Part shown: one piece after another, positions 52,716-62,093 of the stretch
Position numbering within the stretch: the stretch's first letter is position 1
How the letters are laid out: every line of letters begins with the position of its first letter
Assembly: GCA_905479265.1 (NCBI GenBank)
Contig: CAJQLX010000009.1
Span: 564-64,563 of the forward strand
Length of the DNA stretch: 64,000 bases
Source of the DNA: an uncultured Alphaproteobacteria bacterium
GTDB taxonomy: Bacteria; Pseudomonadota; Alphaproteobacteria; UBA7985
Direction: 5' to 3'
Program-made: the position numbers and the translations under genes
The notes under the pieces: model-generated
Seen by the model: the letters and a program-made list of their open reading frames with translations, nothing else
Told to the model about the DNA's origin: nothing
Database searches by the model: none

Positions 52716-54122
52716 ATGACATCTGCACCGCTCCTGAATGGAATATCAGACCAACTCGAATCAACACGCGGGTTGGTCTCTTTCCGCATCGTTACGGCCA
52801 TGCGCTGGATTGCCATCGCCGGGCAAGCCGCCGCCGTCATGGTCGTTTATTTCGCCATGGGTTTTCAGCTGCCCGTCGGCTTCGCCATGATACCGATCTC
52901 CATCAACATCGGTGTGACCATCTGGGCTTGGCAAGCCCGGCGCAGCAAGGGGCGCGACGCGCTCTGGCTGCGTGACCGCGAAGCAGGGCGCTATTTGGCG
53001 TGGGATCTGCTGCAATTGGGCTTGTTGCTGTGGTTGACCGGCGGGGTTTCCAACCCCTTTGCCATCATCATTTTAGCCCCCGTGACCGTATCAGCATCGA
53101 TCCTTGAACGCTCGACAACCTCGATTTTGGCTTTTCTCGCCATCGGTATTGTGACGGTGCTGGCCCTCAATTCCTTGCCGCTGCCTTGGACCAGCGAACC
53201 GGTGATCTTTCCCCGGACGTTTACGGGCGCGATTTGGGCCTCTCTGGTGCTGTCGATCTTGTTTGTTGCGCTCTACGTCTCGTGGCTGGCCCAGCGCGCG
53301 CGGGACATGTCGCAGGCCCTCACAGCCTCACAATTGGCCTTGGTGCGGGAACAGCGGATGTCGGCCCTCGGGGGGCTCGCTGCTGCTGCGGCTCACGAGC
53401 TTGGCTCGCCGCTTTCGACCATTGCTGTCGTTTCAAAAGAATTGCTGCATGACCTGCCACCGGGGTCTGCGCTGGCCGAAGACGCTGCCCTGCTGGTGCA
53501 GGAAACCAAACGCTGCCGGGATATTCTGGTCGAGCTGGAACAGCGCAACGCCGGTCCACCCGATAGCGATGATCCCTACCATCATTTGCCCGTATCAACG
53601 CTGCTGGAAGTCGCCGCACACGCGCACCAGCAGGACCATGTCACCGTCACCATTCTCGCTGATCCCATCCACGAGGACGAGGACGAGCGCGCACCAGCAG
53701 ATATGGATGAAGTGGACGTGTCCCTGCTTGACCAACCCACCATCCCACGCCGGCCTGAGCTGATTCACGGCTTGGGGAACTTCATTCAGAACGCCATCCA
53801 ATTCGCAGATTCTGAAGTTATCCTACAAGCCACATGGACCGCTGACACGCTCAAGATCCTGATCCGCGATGATGGACCGGGCTTTGACGCCGCGGTCATC
53901 AGCCGTCTGGGCGAGCCCTACGTCCAAGGCACGGGTCAACGATCGCGGGCGAAACGTGCGTTGCGGCAGCAGGGTAAGGAGGGCGGAATGGGCCTCGGTG
54001 TCTTTATTGCACGGACGTTGCTGGAGCACACAGGGGCCACCGTAGACTTCACAAATCGTCGCAGAGGCGGGGCATCGGTTGCTGTTGAGTGGAACCGGCA
54101 TAGGTTAGTCAGTGAAAGTTAA
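52716..54122 (+). CDS. regB: Redox-sensing histidine kinase RegB/PrrB/ActS family
   Basis: Six TM helices containing the quinone-site heptapeptide GGVSNPF. H-box (AAAAHELGSPLSTI). Redox-box cysteine (QETKRCRDIL). HATPase domain (GMGLGVFIA). Confidence 0.85.
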   Translation: MTSAPLLNGISDQLESTRGLVSFRIVTAMRWIAIAGQAAAVMVVYFAMGFQLPVGFAMIPISINIGVTIWAWQARRSKGRDALWLRDREAGRYLAWDLLQLGLLLWLTGGVSNPFAIIILAPVTVSASILERSTTSILAFLAIGIVTVLALNSLPLPWTSEPVIFPRTFTGAIWASLVLSILFVALYVSWLAQRARDMSQALTASQLALVREQRMSALGGLAAAAAHELGSPLSTIAVVSKELLHDLPPGSALAEDAALLVQETKRCRDILVELEQRNAGPPDSDDPYHHLPVSTLLEVAAHAHQQDHVTVTILADPIHEDEDERAPADMDEVDVSLLDQPTIPRRPELIHGLGNFIQNAIQFADSEVILQATWTADTLKILIRDDGPGFDAAVISRLGEPYVQGTGQRSRAKRALRQQGKEGGMGLGVFIARTLLEHTGATVDFTNRRRGGASVAVEWNRHRLVSES

Positions 54123-54178
54123 TTGCCACGTTGTGAATATGTTAATTTGAGACGCGTGGAGAACCAAGAGAAGAGCCA

Positions 54179-54760
54179 ATGTCTGCGACTTTAACCTTAG
54201 AGCCGACAGAAGCAGCAGCCTTACAAGGCGATGTTGACCGCAGCCTGCTTATTGTCGACGACGACACGCGTTTCGCCGAACGCCTGTCGCGTGCGCTAGA
54301 ACGACGTGGGTTTGAACCCGTAACGGCGAACACCGTCCGCGATGGCCGCGAAGCCGCGTCCATGAGCCCCCCTGCTTTTGCTGTCGTCGATCTCCGGTTG
54401 GATGACGGAAATGGCTTGGATGTCGTGACCGCCTTGACCGAAGCTCGTCCGAACAGCCGCGTGGTCGTTCTCACGGGATACGGCAACATCGCAACCGCTG
54501 TTTCAGCCGTGAAACTTGGCGCACACGACTATCTGCCCAAGCCCGCCGATGCGGACGTCATCGAAGCTGCGCTGCTGTCCGGCGATGGCTTGCTGCCGCC
54601 GCCACCAGAATTCCCAATGACAGCGGATCGCATTCGTTGGGAGCATATTCAGCGGATTTACGAACAGTGTGATCGCAATGTCTCAGAAACCGCCCGTCGC
54701 CTGCGGATGCACCGCCGCACGCTCCAGCGCATTCTGAACAAGTACGCCCCACGGGTGTAG
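54179..54760 (+). CDS. regA: Redox response regulator RegA/PrrA/ActR family
   Basis: Receiver domain (LLIVDDD..D in VVDLRLDDG). Highly conserved HTH (NVSETARRLRMHRRTLQRILNKYAPR). Confidence 0.85.
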   Translation: MSATLTLEPTEAAALQGDVDRSLLIVDDDTRFAERLSRALERRGFEPVTANTVRDGREAASMSPPAFAVVDLRLDDGNGLDVVTALTEARPNSRVVVLTGYGNIATAVSAVKLGAHDYLPKPADADVIEAALLSGDGLLPPPPEFPMTADRIRWEHIQRIYEQCDRNVSETARRLRMHRRTLQRILNKYAPRV

Positions 54761-54768
54761 TCCCGCGC

Positions 54769-55308
54769 TTACAACAGCGAACGCTCGCGGACCAATCGGT
54801 CTGCGGCGTTTGTTGCGTATTTCATCAGCAAGGCACGCCGACGCGCACTGGGCAATGGATCCGACGCTGTAGGCGGTCGAAGCTCGAACGCTTCAAAATT
54901 ATCGGCCAGAATGACCCCGACGTCATCGGGCAACTGCGCCAGCGGAAAATCCGGATCGACGGCAAAACTAAACCGGTCGCAAAAGCCAAGATATTCCTGC
55001 CATTTCTGATCGACGCGAAAGTCGTCCAAGCACGACTTGATCTCAATGGCCCAGAACTGTCCCTTCGTTGACAGCCCCATGACATCCACGCGCCGCCCCG
55101 TCGGCAGCGTAAACTCGGGCAGCACCGACCATCCCAGCGCATGAAAGTGGCCAATGACGCCCTTGAGGATGCGCGCGGTGATATCGACGCGTGAAACACC
55201 GTATCCGACCCCCAAGCCAAGCTTAGATTGAGTCGGAAGACCATCAGACCGTGAAAAATTAGAATCAGACATAATCTCAGTATGAACCAGTTTTGTTCCC
55301 CTAATCAA
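54769..55308 (-). CDS. PD-(D/E)XK nuclease-fold protein, probably MmcB-family DNA-repair protein
   Basis: D..E-x-K core (GRRVDVMGL ... WAIEIKSCLDDF). About 170 aa. The family assignment is from memory of the MmcB/DUF1052 profile and is unverified. Confidence 0.45.
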   Translation of the reverse strand: MIRGTKLVHTEIMSDSNFSRSDGLPTQSKLGLGVGYGVSRVDITARILKGVIGHFHALGWSVLPEFTLPTGRRVDVMGLSTKGQFWAIEIKSCLDDFRVDQKWQEYLGFCDRFSFAVDPDFPLAQLPDDVGVILADNFEAFELRPPTASDPLPSARRRALLMKYATNAADRLVRERSLL

Positions 55309-55400
55309 CGGTTCAAAGTGCCCATATTTTAGACAATAGTCGCTAAAAACTGCAGTTTTTCACGGCAACCAAGGCAAACCCCATACAGCGGTAACAAACC

Positions 55401-55916
55401 GTGCCCATAGTTGAGGGGTGGCTTAGGAGTGTTAGACACGTGGTAGCTCATCAAACGGCGGGAACGCCAGCGATCGTAAAATGGTTCAACCCGACAAAAG
55501 GGTTCGGGTTCGTCACCCCTAAAGAAGCAGGCTCTGACGCCCTGTTGCATGCCAGTGTACTGGCCAAGCGCGGTAAACGGTGGCTGCAAGAAGGCACACA
55601 CGTCGAGGTCTTGATTGAAGAAGGGCCAAAAGGACTTGTGGTCTCTGAGCTGCTGACCATCGAAGAAACAGAACTTGAGACTGATGCCGCTGACGCTGGA
55701 GACTGGGTTGATGCAGAGGTGAAGTTCTTTAACTTTGCCAAGGGCTATGGGTTTGCTGTGGTGGAAGAAACCAGTGAGGGCGCCCAGGACGTGTTTTTTG
55801 ACAGCCGCGCTTTGGCGCAGGCCGACCTTGACCCGCCCCGCCCCGGCGACCGCTTTCAGGTGCAACTGACCCAGCGGCCCCAAGGGTGCGCTGCGGAACG
55901 CATCAGAGTGATTTGA
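55401..55916 (+). CDS. Cold-shock protein with two tandem cold-shock domains (start uncertain; alternative GTG at 55440)
   Basis: CSD 1: IVKWFNPTKGFGFVTP..G.DALLH. CSD 2: AEVKFFNFAKGYGFAVVE..DVFFD. Confidence 0.7.
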   Translation: MPIVEGWLRSVRHVVAHQTAGTPAIVKWFNPTKGFGFVTPKEAGSDALLHASVLAKRGKRWLQEGTHVEVLIEEGPKGLVVSELLTIEETELETDAADAGDWVDAEVKFFNFAKGYGFAVVEETSEGAQDVFFDSRALAQADLDPPRPGDRFQVQLTQRPQGCAAERIRVI

Positions 55917-57069
55917 CCCACGCCTCTATCTTGTCCAACGCCTCGTTGATGTTTTCCGTTGAATTGGCAAACGACAGTCGAATGTAATCGGCGCCCGCGT
56001 CGCCAAAGGACGTGCCTGCGATGGTGGCGATGCCAAGCTCTTCCAGCCAAATATCCTGAACTTGCTTTGACGGCATCCCAAGGGCGCTGATGTTGGGAAA
56101 AGCATAAAACGCCCCTTTGGGCTTTGCGGCACGAATGCCCGGCATGGCGTTCAGGCGTTGGTGGACAAGGTCGCGGCGGGCTTGGAACGCGGCTCGCATG
56201 TCATCCACGGCATCTTGCGGCCCTTCCAAAGCGGCTTGCGCCGCAAACTGTGCCGGCGCATTGACGCAGCTGTGGACATTGATCGCAAGTTTGGTCGCCG
56301 CACCAATCATCGTTTTTGGCCAAATCCCCCAACCCAGCCGCCAACCCGTCATCGCATACGTCTTTGACCAGCCATCCAAAACAATCAGCCGGTCGCGGAG
56401 TTCATCAAACTTGAGCAGCGTTTGGTGCTGCCGTCCATCGAAGTGCAGGCGCGCGTAAATCTCGTCTGAAAGCACGGCACAGTTGGGAAAGTCCCGCAGA
56501 CCGGCCACCAGCGCCTCCACCTCACTGTCTAGGTTGGATCCCCCCGTTGGGTTGCCGGGGCTGTTCAGGATGATCAGGCGTGTATTATCGGTAAGCTTGC
56601 TCAGGATTTCTGACGCTTTGAAACTGAAGCCCAATTCCTCATGGACCGCATAGGGAAGAGCGCTAGCACCTGTGTAAGCAGCCATTGAGCGATAAATCGG
56701 AAATCCGGGGTCCGGATACAGGATCTCACGGCCCGGTTCACCCAGCAGCATCATCGCAAACGCCATCGTCACCTTGCCACCGGGAACCACAAGAATTTGA
56801 GACGAATCAATGGCTTGCCCGAAGTGATCAGCATAGTAACCCACCAGCGATTCCTTGAGGTTCGGCAAACCCGGCGCGGGAGTGTAGCCGTGATGCCCGT
56901 CTTTTAGGGCTCGAATCGCAGCCTCAACAATATGCGCAGAGGTTTTGAAATCTGGCTGACCGATACCAAGATTAATTATGCGCCTTCCATTTGAATTAAG
57001 CGCCTCTGCCCGTGCAAGAACGTCAAACGCACTTTCTGTCTCAAGTAACGAAGCATTATGAGCCAGCAT
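55903..57069 (-). CDS. Pyridoxal-phosphate-dependent aminotransferase (class I, aspartate aminotransferase-like)
   Basis: 388 aa with class-I aminotransferase motifs (NSPGNPTG, a PLP-lysine region) and a Gly-rich segment. It overlaps the csp stop convergently by 14 nt. Confidence 0.85.
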   Translation of the reverse strand: MLAHNASLLETESAFDVLARAEALNSNGRRIINLGIGQPDFKTSAHIVEAAIRALKDGHHGYTPAPGLPNLKESLVGYYADHFGQAIDSSQILVVPGGKVTMAFAMMLLGEPGREILYPDPGFPIYRSMAAYTGASALPYAVHEELGFSFKASEILSKLTDNTRLIILNSPGNPTGGSNLDSEVEALVAGLRDFPNCAVLSDEIYARLHFDGRQHQTLLKFDELRDRLIVLDGWSKTYAMTGWRLGWGIWPKTMIGAATKLAINVHSCVNAPAQFAAQAALEGPQDAVDDMRAAFQARRDLVHQRLNAMPGIRAAKPKGAFYAFPNISALGMPSKQVQDIWLEELGIATIAGTSFGDAGADYIRLSFANSTENINEALDKIEAWVKSL

Positions 57070-57295
57070 TTTTGCTCTCTTTCAGTCGACTATTTCTAGA
57101 GTTTTTCACTAAATTCACGGCTTCTTTGCGCATTTTGTCTGGTTTGCGGTTTTTCTGAAGATTTGGATCTCGTGCCTTCCAGCCGCTGGCACATCCATTG
57201 CGAATTCGGTGACCAACCCTAATCAAGAGGGATGGCGTGAAGGTTGCACAATTCTGGTGCGGCCGAGAACGCCGAACTAAGCAAAAGATCATTAA

Positions 57296-57311
57296 GCCGT
57301 ATCAATACGGC
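57296..57311 (+). promoter_or_regulatory. 7-2-7 perfect inverted repeat GCCGTAT-ca-ATACGGC abutting the RBS of the giant OMP-like gene; candidate operator or translational hairpin
   Basis: Read directly from the sequence. The arms gccgtat and atacggc are exact reverse complements. The repeat ends about 4 nt before the AAGGAA Shine-Dalgarno and 13 nt before the ATG at 57324. Confidence 0.4.
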
Positions 57312-57323
57312 AAGGAACGAGTA

Positions 57324-60300
57324 ATGATTGAGTCTAAATTCTGGACCCGTCGGGTGCAGCTGGTCACGACCAGTGCGCTTGTCACGGTAGGCCTTTTGGC
57401 CTGTGCGTCCATCGCAAATGCGCAGCGCGCTGTTTTGGCGTCACCTGCACCGAATACCGAACAAGCGGCGCCTGACAGCGGCCGTAACATTCCTAATGGG
57501 ATTCCGTTTCAAATTTCTGTAGACGGCGTTCCCATCGACGGCTCGTTGGGCACGGCCGAAGATGATCAGCGCACAGTCGATGTCGCATTAGATAGAATGG
57601 ACGTTCAGCTCACATTTGACGGGCTGAAGCTGGATAAAGCAGCGAACATTCAAGCGAACAAAGCTGGCGCGAAGGTCGGTGAGGAAGTGGTCTTCACACC
57701 TTACTGGAACTATGGGTCGTTCATCGAGCGAGCAGAGGTGCGTATTTTCCGCAGCGATGCTTCAACCGATGGCGCGCCGCTGGCGACCGTGTCGCTTCCG
57801 GCAGGTCGGTCAGTGGGCTGGCAAGTTCCCGAAAGTGTGAACACAGACCTCAAATACGTCCTGCGCCTTTATAGTAAGGCCAATCGTTTCGATGAGACGA
57901 ACCCGCAGCGTTTGAAACTGTTCGAAGCGGACCACGGGCAAGAAGACAATGAACCTGTGCAGCAGGCCGGTTACGGTCGCAGCTCGCTGGTGAAATCGAA
58001 TATCGCTGTGGGCGGCGGTACCGTGACTGTCTTTGGCGAAAACGTCCCGGCAAACAGCACCGTTTACGTGCTGGGACTGCCTGTTCCTGTCGATGGTCAG
58101 GGCAAGTTTGTGACAGAGCAGCTTTTGCCTGCTGGCTCTCACAACGTGACCATTGCTGTGTTGGACGACAACCGTCGTGGACTAGAATTTCAACGCAACC
58201 TTTATATTCCAGATAGTGATTTCTTTTACGTTGCACTGGGTGATTTGACGGTTGGCGCAGCCTCGGTTTCTGGACCGACGGAGCTGGTCGGCGAGAACGG
58301 CGGCTTTGGTGACAATTTTTACACCAATGCGCGCTTGGCCGGCTTTCTGAAGGGCAAGATCATGGGCGACGTCTATGTGACTGCCCAAGCCGATACTGGT
58401 GAGGCGTCTGTTCAAGACATTTTCACCAACTTCCTCGACAAGGACGCATCGTCACTGATTGATCGTGTCGATGATGACCGGACCTACACAACCTTTGGCG
58501 ATGATTCATCAATTTCCGATGAAACCCCATCGCAAGGTAAATTCTATGCCAAGGTTGAAAAGGGCAACAGCCACGTTCTGTGGGGTAATTTCTCCACCGG
58601 CATCACCGGCACCGACTTCGCACAGGTAAACCGCTCTCTTTACGGTGCCCAGGTGAAGTTTCGGACCGAACAGGCGAATGAAAACGGCGACGCGTACCTG
58701 TCTGTAGATGCCTTTGGCGCGCAGCAAGGCACAGTGCCGCACCGTGACGAGTTCCGCGGTACGGGGAACTCTGTTTACTTCATGTCGTTCCAGGATTTGG
58801 CCAATGGCGGTGAGCGCCTAACAGTCGAAGTCCGCGATCCGTTCAACGATATTGTCAAAGAACGCCGCATTCTGGTTTACGGTGAAGACTATGACATTGA
58901 TTACATTCAGGGTCGCGTGATCCTGTTTGAACCCCTGCCCTCGACCGTGGATGATGGTTTCCTTGTATCCTACGGCACCGGCACATCCGGCGACGAAGTC
59001 TACTTGGTCTCCGAATACGAATACACGCCGCTTGGCGCAGACTTCTCTGACCTGTTTTATGGGGGCCGGGCGTCTGCGTGGCTTGGCAAATATTTCAATG
59101 TTGGCGCCACCGCAATTCGCGATCAGCGCGGCTTGATTGACAAGCAATTGCTCGAAGCTGACGCCACACTCACATTCGGTGGCTCCACCTACATTCGCGG
59201 TGAAATCGCCCAGAGCAACGGTGATCCTTACGTGTCTTTCGGCTCGCTGGATGGTGGTTACTTTGTTGATGAAACCCAAACACCAGCAGCTGTCCAAACC
59301 CTGATTCCAACCGGCGGCAGCCTCTCTATCGTTGGGGATTTGACCAACCTTGAAGATTTGACCGTTACCCTTGTTTCTCGCGATACCGTGACCGGTGAGC
59401 AGACAGGCAGTCAGACACTGGTTGAAAACACCGACTTCACCCTGTCCGGCAACACGCTGGAGCTGATTGGGACGTATGCCGGCTGGGACGAGACGATTGA
59501 CGACGCGACGGAAGCCGATGAGCTTGCCGCTGGCACCCAGGTTGGTGACGACGTTGAAGTTCTGATCAATCCAAACAATGGCTTGCAGGGCGAGGTTGGA
59601 TATCGCGTTGAAGCCTCCGTTGCGGCAAATGATTTTGGCGCAGACTTCGGTGGGCGCGTGACGGGTTACTACCAACACCGTGATGCAGGCTTTGCCGGTA
59701 CGGGGTCGTACACAGCAGATGAAATCAACCAATTCGGCGGAAACCTTTCCGCTCCGTTTGGACCGATCAATCTGTCAGCACGCTATGACCAGACCAACAA
59801 CGTCTCGCAAGACGCTCAAGACCGCCGCGCCAATCTTGACGCAAACTTTAAGTTCGAAAACATCACAGCCGGCATTGGCCTGGGGTACTCGGACACGACG
59901 ACCGCCAGCGTCCAAACCGCTCAGTCCACAACACTCGGCGGGGATATTGGCGCAAGTTTTGGCGGCTATACCTTTGGCTTGTTCGGGCAGTATGACCTGC
60001 AGAACTCCTCGGGCGTCAATGGCGGTCGCGTTGGTGTTCGCGCCGCGGCTCAAGTGACAGAAAATATCGAAATCAATGCCCAAGTCGGCACTGACTTCGA
60101 CAATTCTGGAACCTCTGACGCCACGGACAACATCTTTGCGTCGGTCGGCACGGATATTACCGTCAACGACTACATCCGCATGAACGCGGCCTATGAACTG
60201 GCAAACCGCACCAATGCAGGTACGGGCCAAGGCCAACTCGGCGGTACGGTCAACTTCGGTGGTAACGCGCGCTTTAACAACGGCGTCGACTTCCACTTTA

Positions 60301-61247
60301 GTGAGCGGATCACCCACGCCGGCACGTCGGTCAACGCGTTGCAGCACTCGTTTGGTGTGAACTACGCGATGAGCAAAAACCTGACCTTTGGCTTGACCGG
60401 TGAAGTGGGTCAGGTGCGGGAAGATCAGTTTGCCGAAGCCAGCGACAGCAACCCCTTCCTCAACCGCCGAGCCGCAACGGTTCGGGCGCAGTATGGCAAC
60501 AGTGGTCTAACCCTGGGTGCAGCGGCGGAATATCGGTGGGAAGAAAGCTCCGCAGACGAGGACGGAAACGAGGAAAACGACACGCGCGCGACCTACGTTC
60601 TCAAGGGTAATGCATCCGCCAATATCTCCCCCGATTGGAGATTGGTTGCGAATGCTGCGGCGGTATTCTCTGAATACAACGGCAACTTCGAAGACGGAAA
60701 CTTCCTCGAAGCGTCCATCGGTGCGGCCTATCGCCCAACCAACAACGATCGTCTAAACGCCTTGGTTCGCGCCACGGCACTCTATGACTTGCCAACCCGG
60801 ACTCAGGCCGAAACGGCCGAAGAAACCGGCAGCGGCGTGGCCAACTACCGTCAGCGCTCGTTGATTGGTGAGGCGGACGCGATCTTCCAAGTCACGAAGA
60901 ACTTCGATGTTGGCGCGAAATACGGTGTGAAGGTCGGTGAAGTCACATCCTGCCGAACCTGTACCGACTGGTACGGCTCTAACATCCATCTGTTGGTGGG
61001 ACGTGTTGACTGGCACGTTGTCAAGAATTGGGACGCTTTGCTCGAAGGCCGCGCGATGTGGCAGGGCAACGTCGGCAACTCTGGCGAAAGCGCCATTCGG
61101 CTCGGAGCACTCGCGGCGGTTTACCGCCACGTTGGAGACAACCTCAAGGTTGGCGGTGGTTACAACTTTGGTTCGTTTGATGACAACCTGACGGACGTTT
61201 CGTTCGACAAGCAAGGTCTGTTCATCAACGCAATTGCGAAGTTCTAA
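57324..61247 (+). CDS. Giant (about 1307 aa) secreted outer-membrane-like protein: signal peptide, N-terminal Ig-like/beta-rich region, roughly 600-aa C-terminal beta-barrel-like region ending in Phe
   Basis: Signal peptide (MIESKFWTRRVQLVTTSALVTVGLLACASIANAQ). The C-terminal half has Gly/Asn/Thr/Tyr-rich alternating-polarity segments and ends ..QGLFINAIAKF, a beta-barrel terminal signature. No known family recognised. The 57237 start in the ORF track was rejected because the signal peptide follows Met30. Confidence 0.6.
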   Translation: MIESKFWTRRVQLVTTSALVTVGLLACASIANAQRAVLASPAPNTEQAAPDSGRNIPNGIPFQISVDGVPIDGSLGTAEDDQRTVDVALDRMDVQLTFDGLKLDKAANIQANKAGAKVGEEVVFTPYWNYGSFIERAEVRIFRSDASTDGAPLATVSLPAGRSVGWQVPESVNTDLKYVLRLYSKANRFDETNPQRLKLFEADHGQEDNEPVQQAGYGRSSLVKSNIAVGGGTVTVFGENVPANSTVYVLGLPVPVDGQGKFVTEQLLPAGSHNVTIAVLDDNRRGLEFQRNLYIPDSDFFYVALGDLTVGAASVSGPTELVGENGGFGDNFYTNARLAGFLKGKIMGDVYVTAQADTGEASVQDIFTNFLDKDASSLIDRVDDDRTYTTFGDDSSISDETPSQGKFYAKVEKGNSHVLWGNFSTGITGTDFAQVNRSLYGAQVKFRTEQANENGDAYLSVDAFGAQQGTVPHRDEFRGTGNSVYFMSFQDLANGGERLTVEVRDPFNDIVKERRILVYGEDYDIDYIQGRVILFEPLPSTVDDGFLVSYGTGTSGDEVYLVSEYEYTPLGADFSDLFYGGRASAWLGKYFNVGATAIRDQRGLIDKQLLEADATLTFGGSTYIRGEIAQSNGDPYVSFGSLDGGYFVDETQTPAAVQTLIPTGGSLSIVGDLTNLEDLTVTLVSRDTVTGEQTGSQTLVENTDFTLSGNTLELIGTYAGWDETIDDATEADELAAGTQVGDDVEVLINPNNGLQGEVGYRVEASVAANDFGADFGGRVTGYYQHRDAGFAGTGSYTADEINQFGGNLSAPFGPINLSARYDQTNNVSQDAQDRRANLDANFKFENITAGIGLGYSDTTTASVQTAQSTTLGGDIGASFGGYTFGLFGQYDLQNSSGVNGGRVGVRAAAQVTENIEINAQVGTDFDNSGTSDATDNIFASVGTDITVNDYIRMNAAYELANRTNAGTGQGQLGGTVNFGGNARFNNGVDFHFSERITHAGTSVNALQHSFGVNYAMSKNLTFGLTGEVGQVREDQFAEASDSNPFLNRRAATVRAQYGNSGLTLGAAAEYRWEESSADEDGNEENDTRATYVLKGNASANISPDWRLVANAAAVFSEYNGNFEDGNFLEASIGAAYRPTNNDRLNALVRATALYDLPTRTQAETAEETGSGVANYRQRSLIGEADAIFQVTKNFDVGAKYGVKVGEVTSCRTCTDWYGSNIHLLVGRVDWHVVKNWDALLEGRAMWQGNVGNSGESAIRLGALAAVYRHVGDNLKVGGGYNFGSFDDNLTDVSFDKQGLFINAIAKF

Positions 61248-61390
61248 CCATCCGGTCAGTAACCGCTCGTTCCCTACTGACCAAATCTTGAGGTCAGGGG
61301 CGAAGGTGCTAGCCCAATATTGAGTGTTGCCCAGCACCCATGATTTCAGGCGCCGACTGATGGCCCAAAGTCAGTCAAACGGCACCTTCG

Positions 61391-61420
61391 CCCCCCTTTC
61401 TGCGCGCAAGCAGAAAGGGG
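61391..61420. terminator. Strong hairpin (11-12 bp stem cccctttctgc / gcagaaagggg) between the convergent OMP-like and methyltransferase genes; putative bidirectional terminator
   Basis: Perfect stem with a 6-nt loop, read from the sequence. A weak U-rich tract (ttcgttgtt) follows on the + strand. Confidence 0.45.
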
Positions 61421-61437
61421 GCGAAGTTCGTTGTTGC

Positions 61438-62064
61438 CTAGAATCGTTCCAGCACGACGTAGAGCGCGTCGATGTCTTCCTTGGGCAAATAGTCATTGAA
61501 GCCCCGATAAATCTCGCGAAACAAACCATCGTCGAACAGCGCCTCTAGCGCGTCTTCGAACGGGCGTTCTTCATAGCCCTTGCCGTTGATGGAAATGACC
61601 GCGCGCGCGCCGGACTTCATCGGTGGTGCGAGATGCACCAAATGCTCCGGACCAATGACCGATGGGCCAAAAATCCCACAGCACGTCAGCGCCGCGACGC
61701 TCGCGTCTTCGATGTCGTAGGCCTGTGTCATATCCAGCTCGCCGAGCTTGCGATAGACCCCCAATGCTTCGGCTTTTGCCAACATTTCGGGGCTGAGGTC
61801 GAGGCCGTCGATGGTGGAAAATCCGCGCTGCCGCAGCTCAGTCCCCAACATCCCTGTCCCGCACGCCAGATCGAGCACGGGCACGCCTTTGTCGAGAAAC
61901 TCAGCCGCAAGATCAGCGACGACCTCGTGCGCGACGTACCCCATGCCTTCGGTCGTGTCGGCATCATAGGTATCCGCCCACCCCGCATAGAGCCGTCGCG
62001 TTCCTGCAATATCGCTGATGGCGTAGGCCTGATTCTTGTTCGCCGCACCTTTGTTTTCAGCCAT
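61438..62064 (-). CDS. Class I SAM-dependent methyltransferase
   Basis: SAM-binding motif I (VLDLACGTGMLG). Start taken at MAENKG with an aggagg RBS; the upstream Met in the ORF track lacks an RBS. Confidence 0.65.
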   Translation of the reverse strand: MAENKGAANKNQAYAISDIAGTRRLYAGWADTYDADTTEGMGYVAHEVVADLAAEFLDKGVPVLDLACGTGMLGTELRQRGFSTIDGLDLSPEMLAKAEALGVYRKLGELDMTQAYDIEDASVAALTCCGIFGPSVIGPEHLVHLAPPMKSGARAVISINGKGYEERPFEDALEALFDDGLFREIYRGFNDYLPKEDIDALYVVLERF

Positions 62065-62093
62065 TTTCCCCCGTCCTCCTGCTTGCGCGTACC

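Noticed and set aside
57237-57323. ORF-track start (MKVAQFWCGRERRTKQK..) for the giant OMP-like gene
   Set aside because: A canonical signal peptide begins at Met30 (57324), which has an AAGGAA RBS. Starting at 57237 would place 29 charged residues before the signal peptide.
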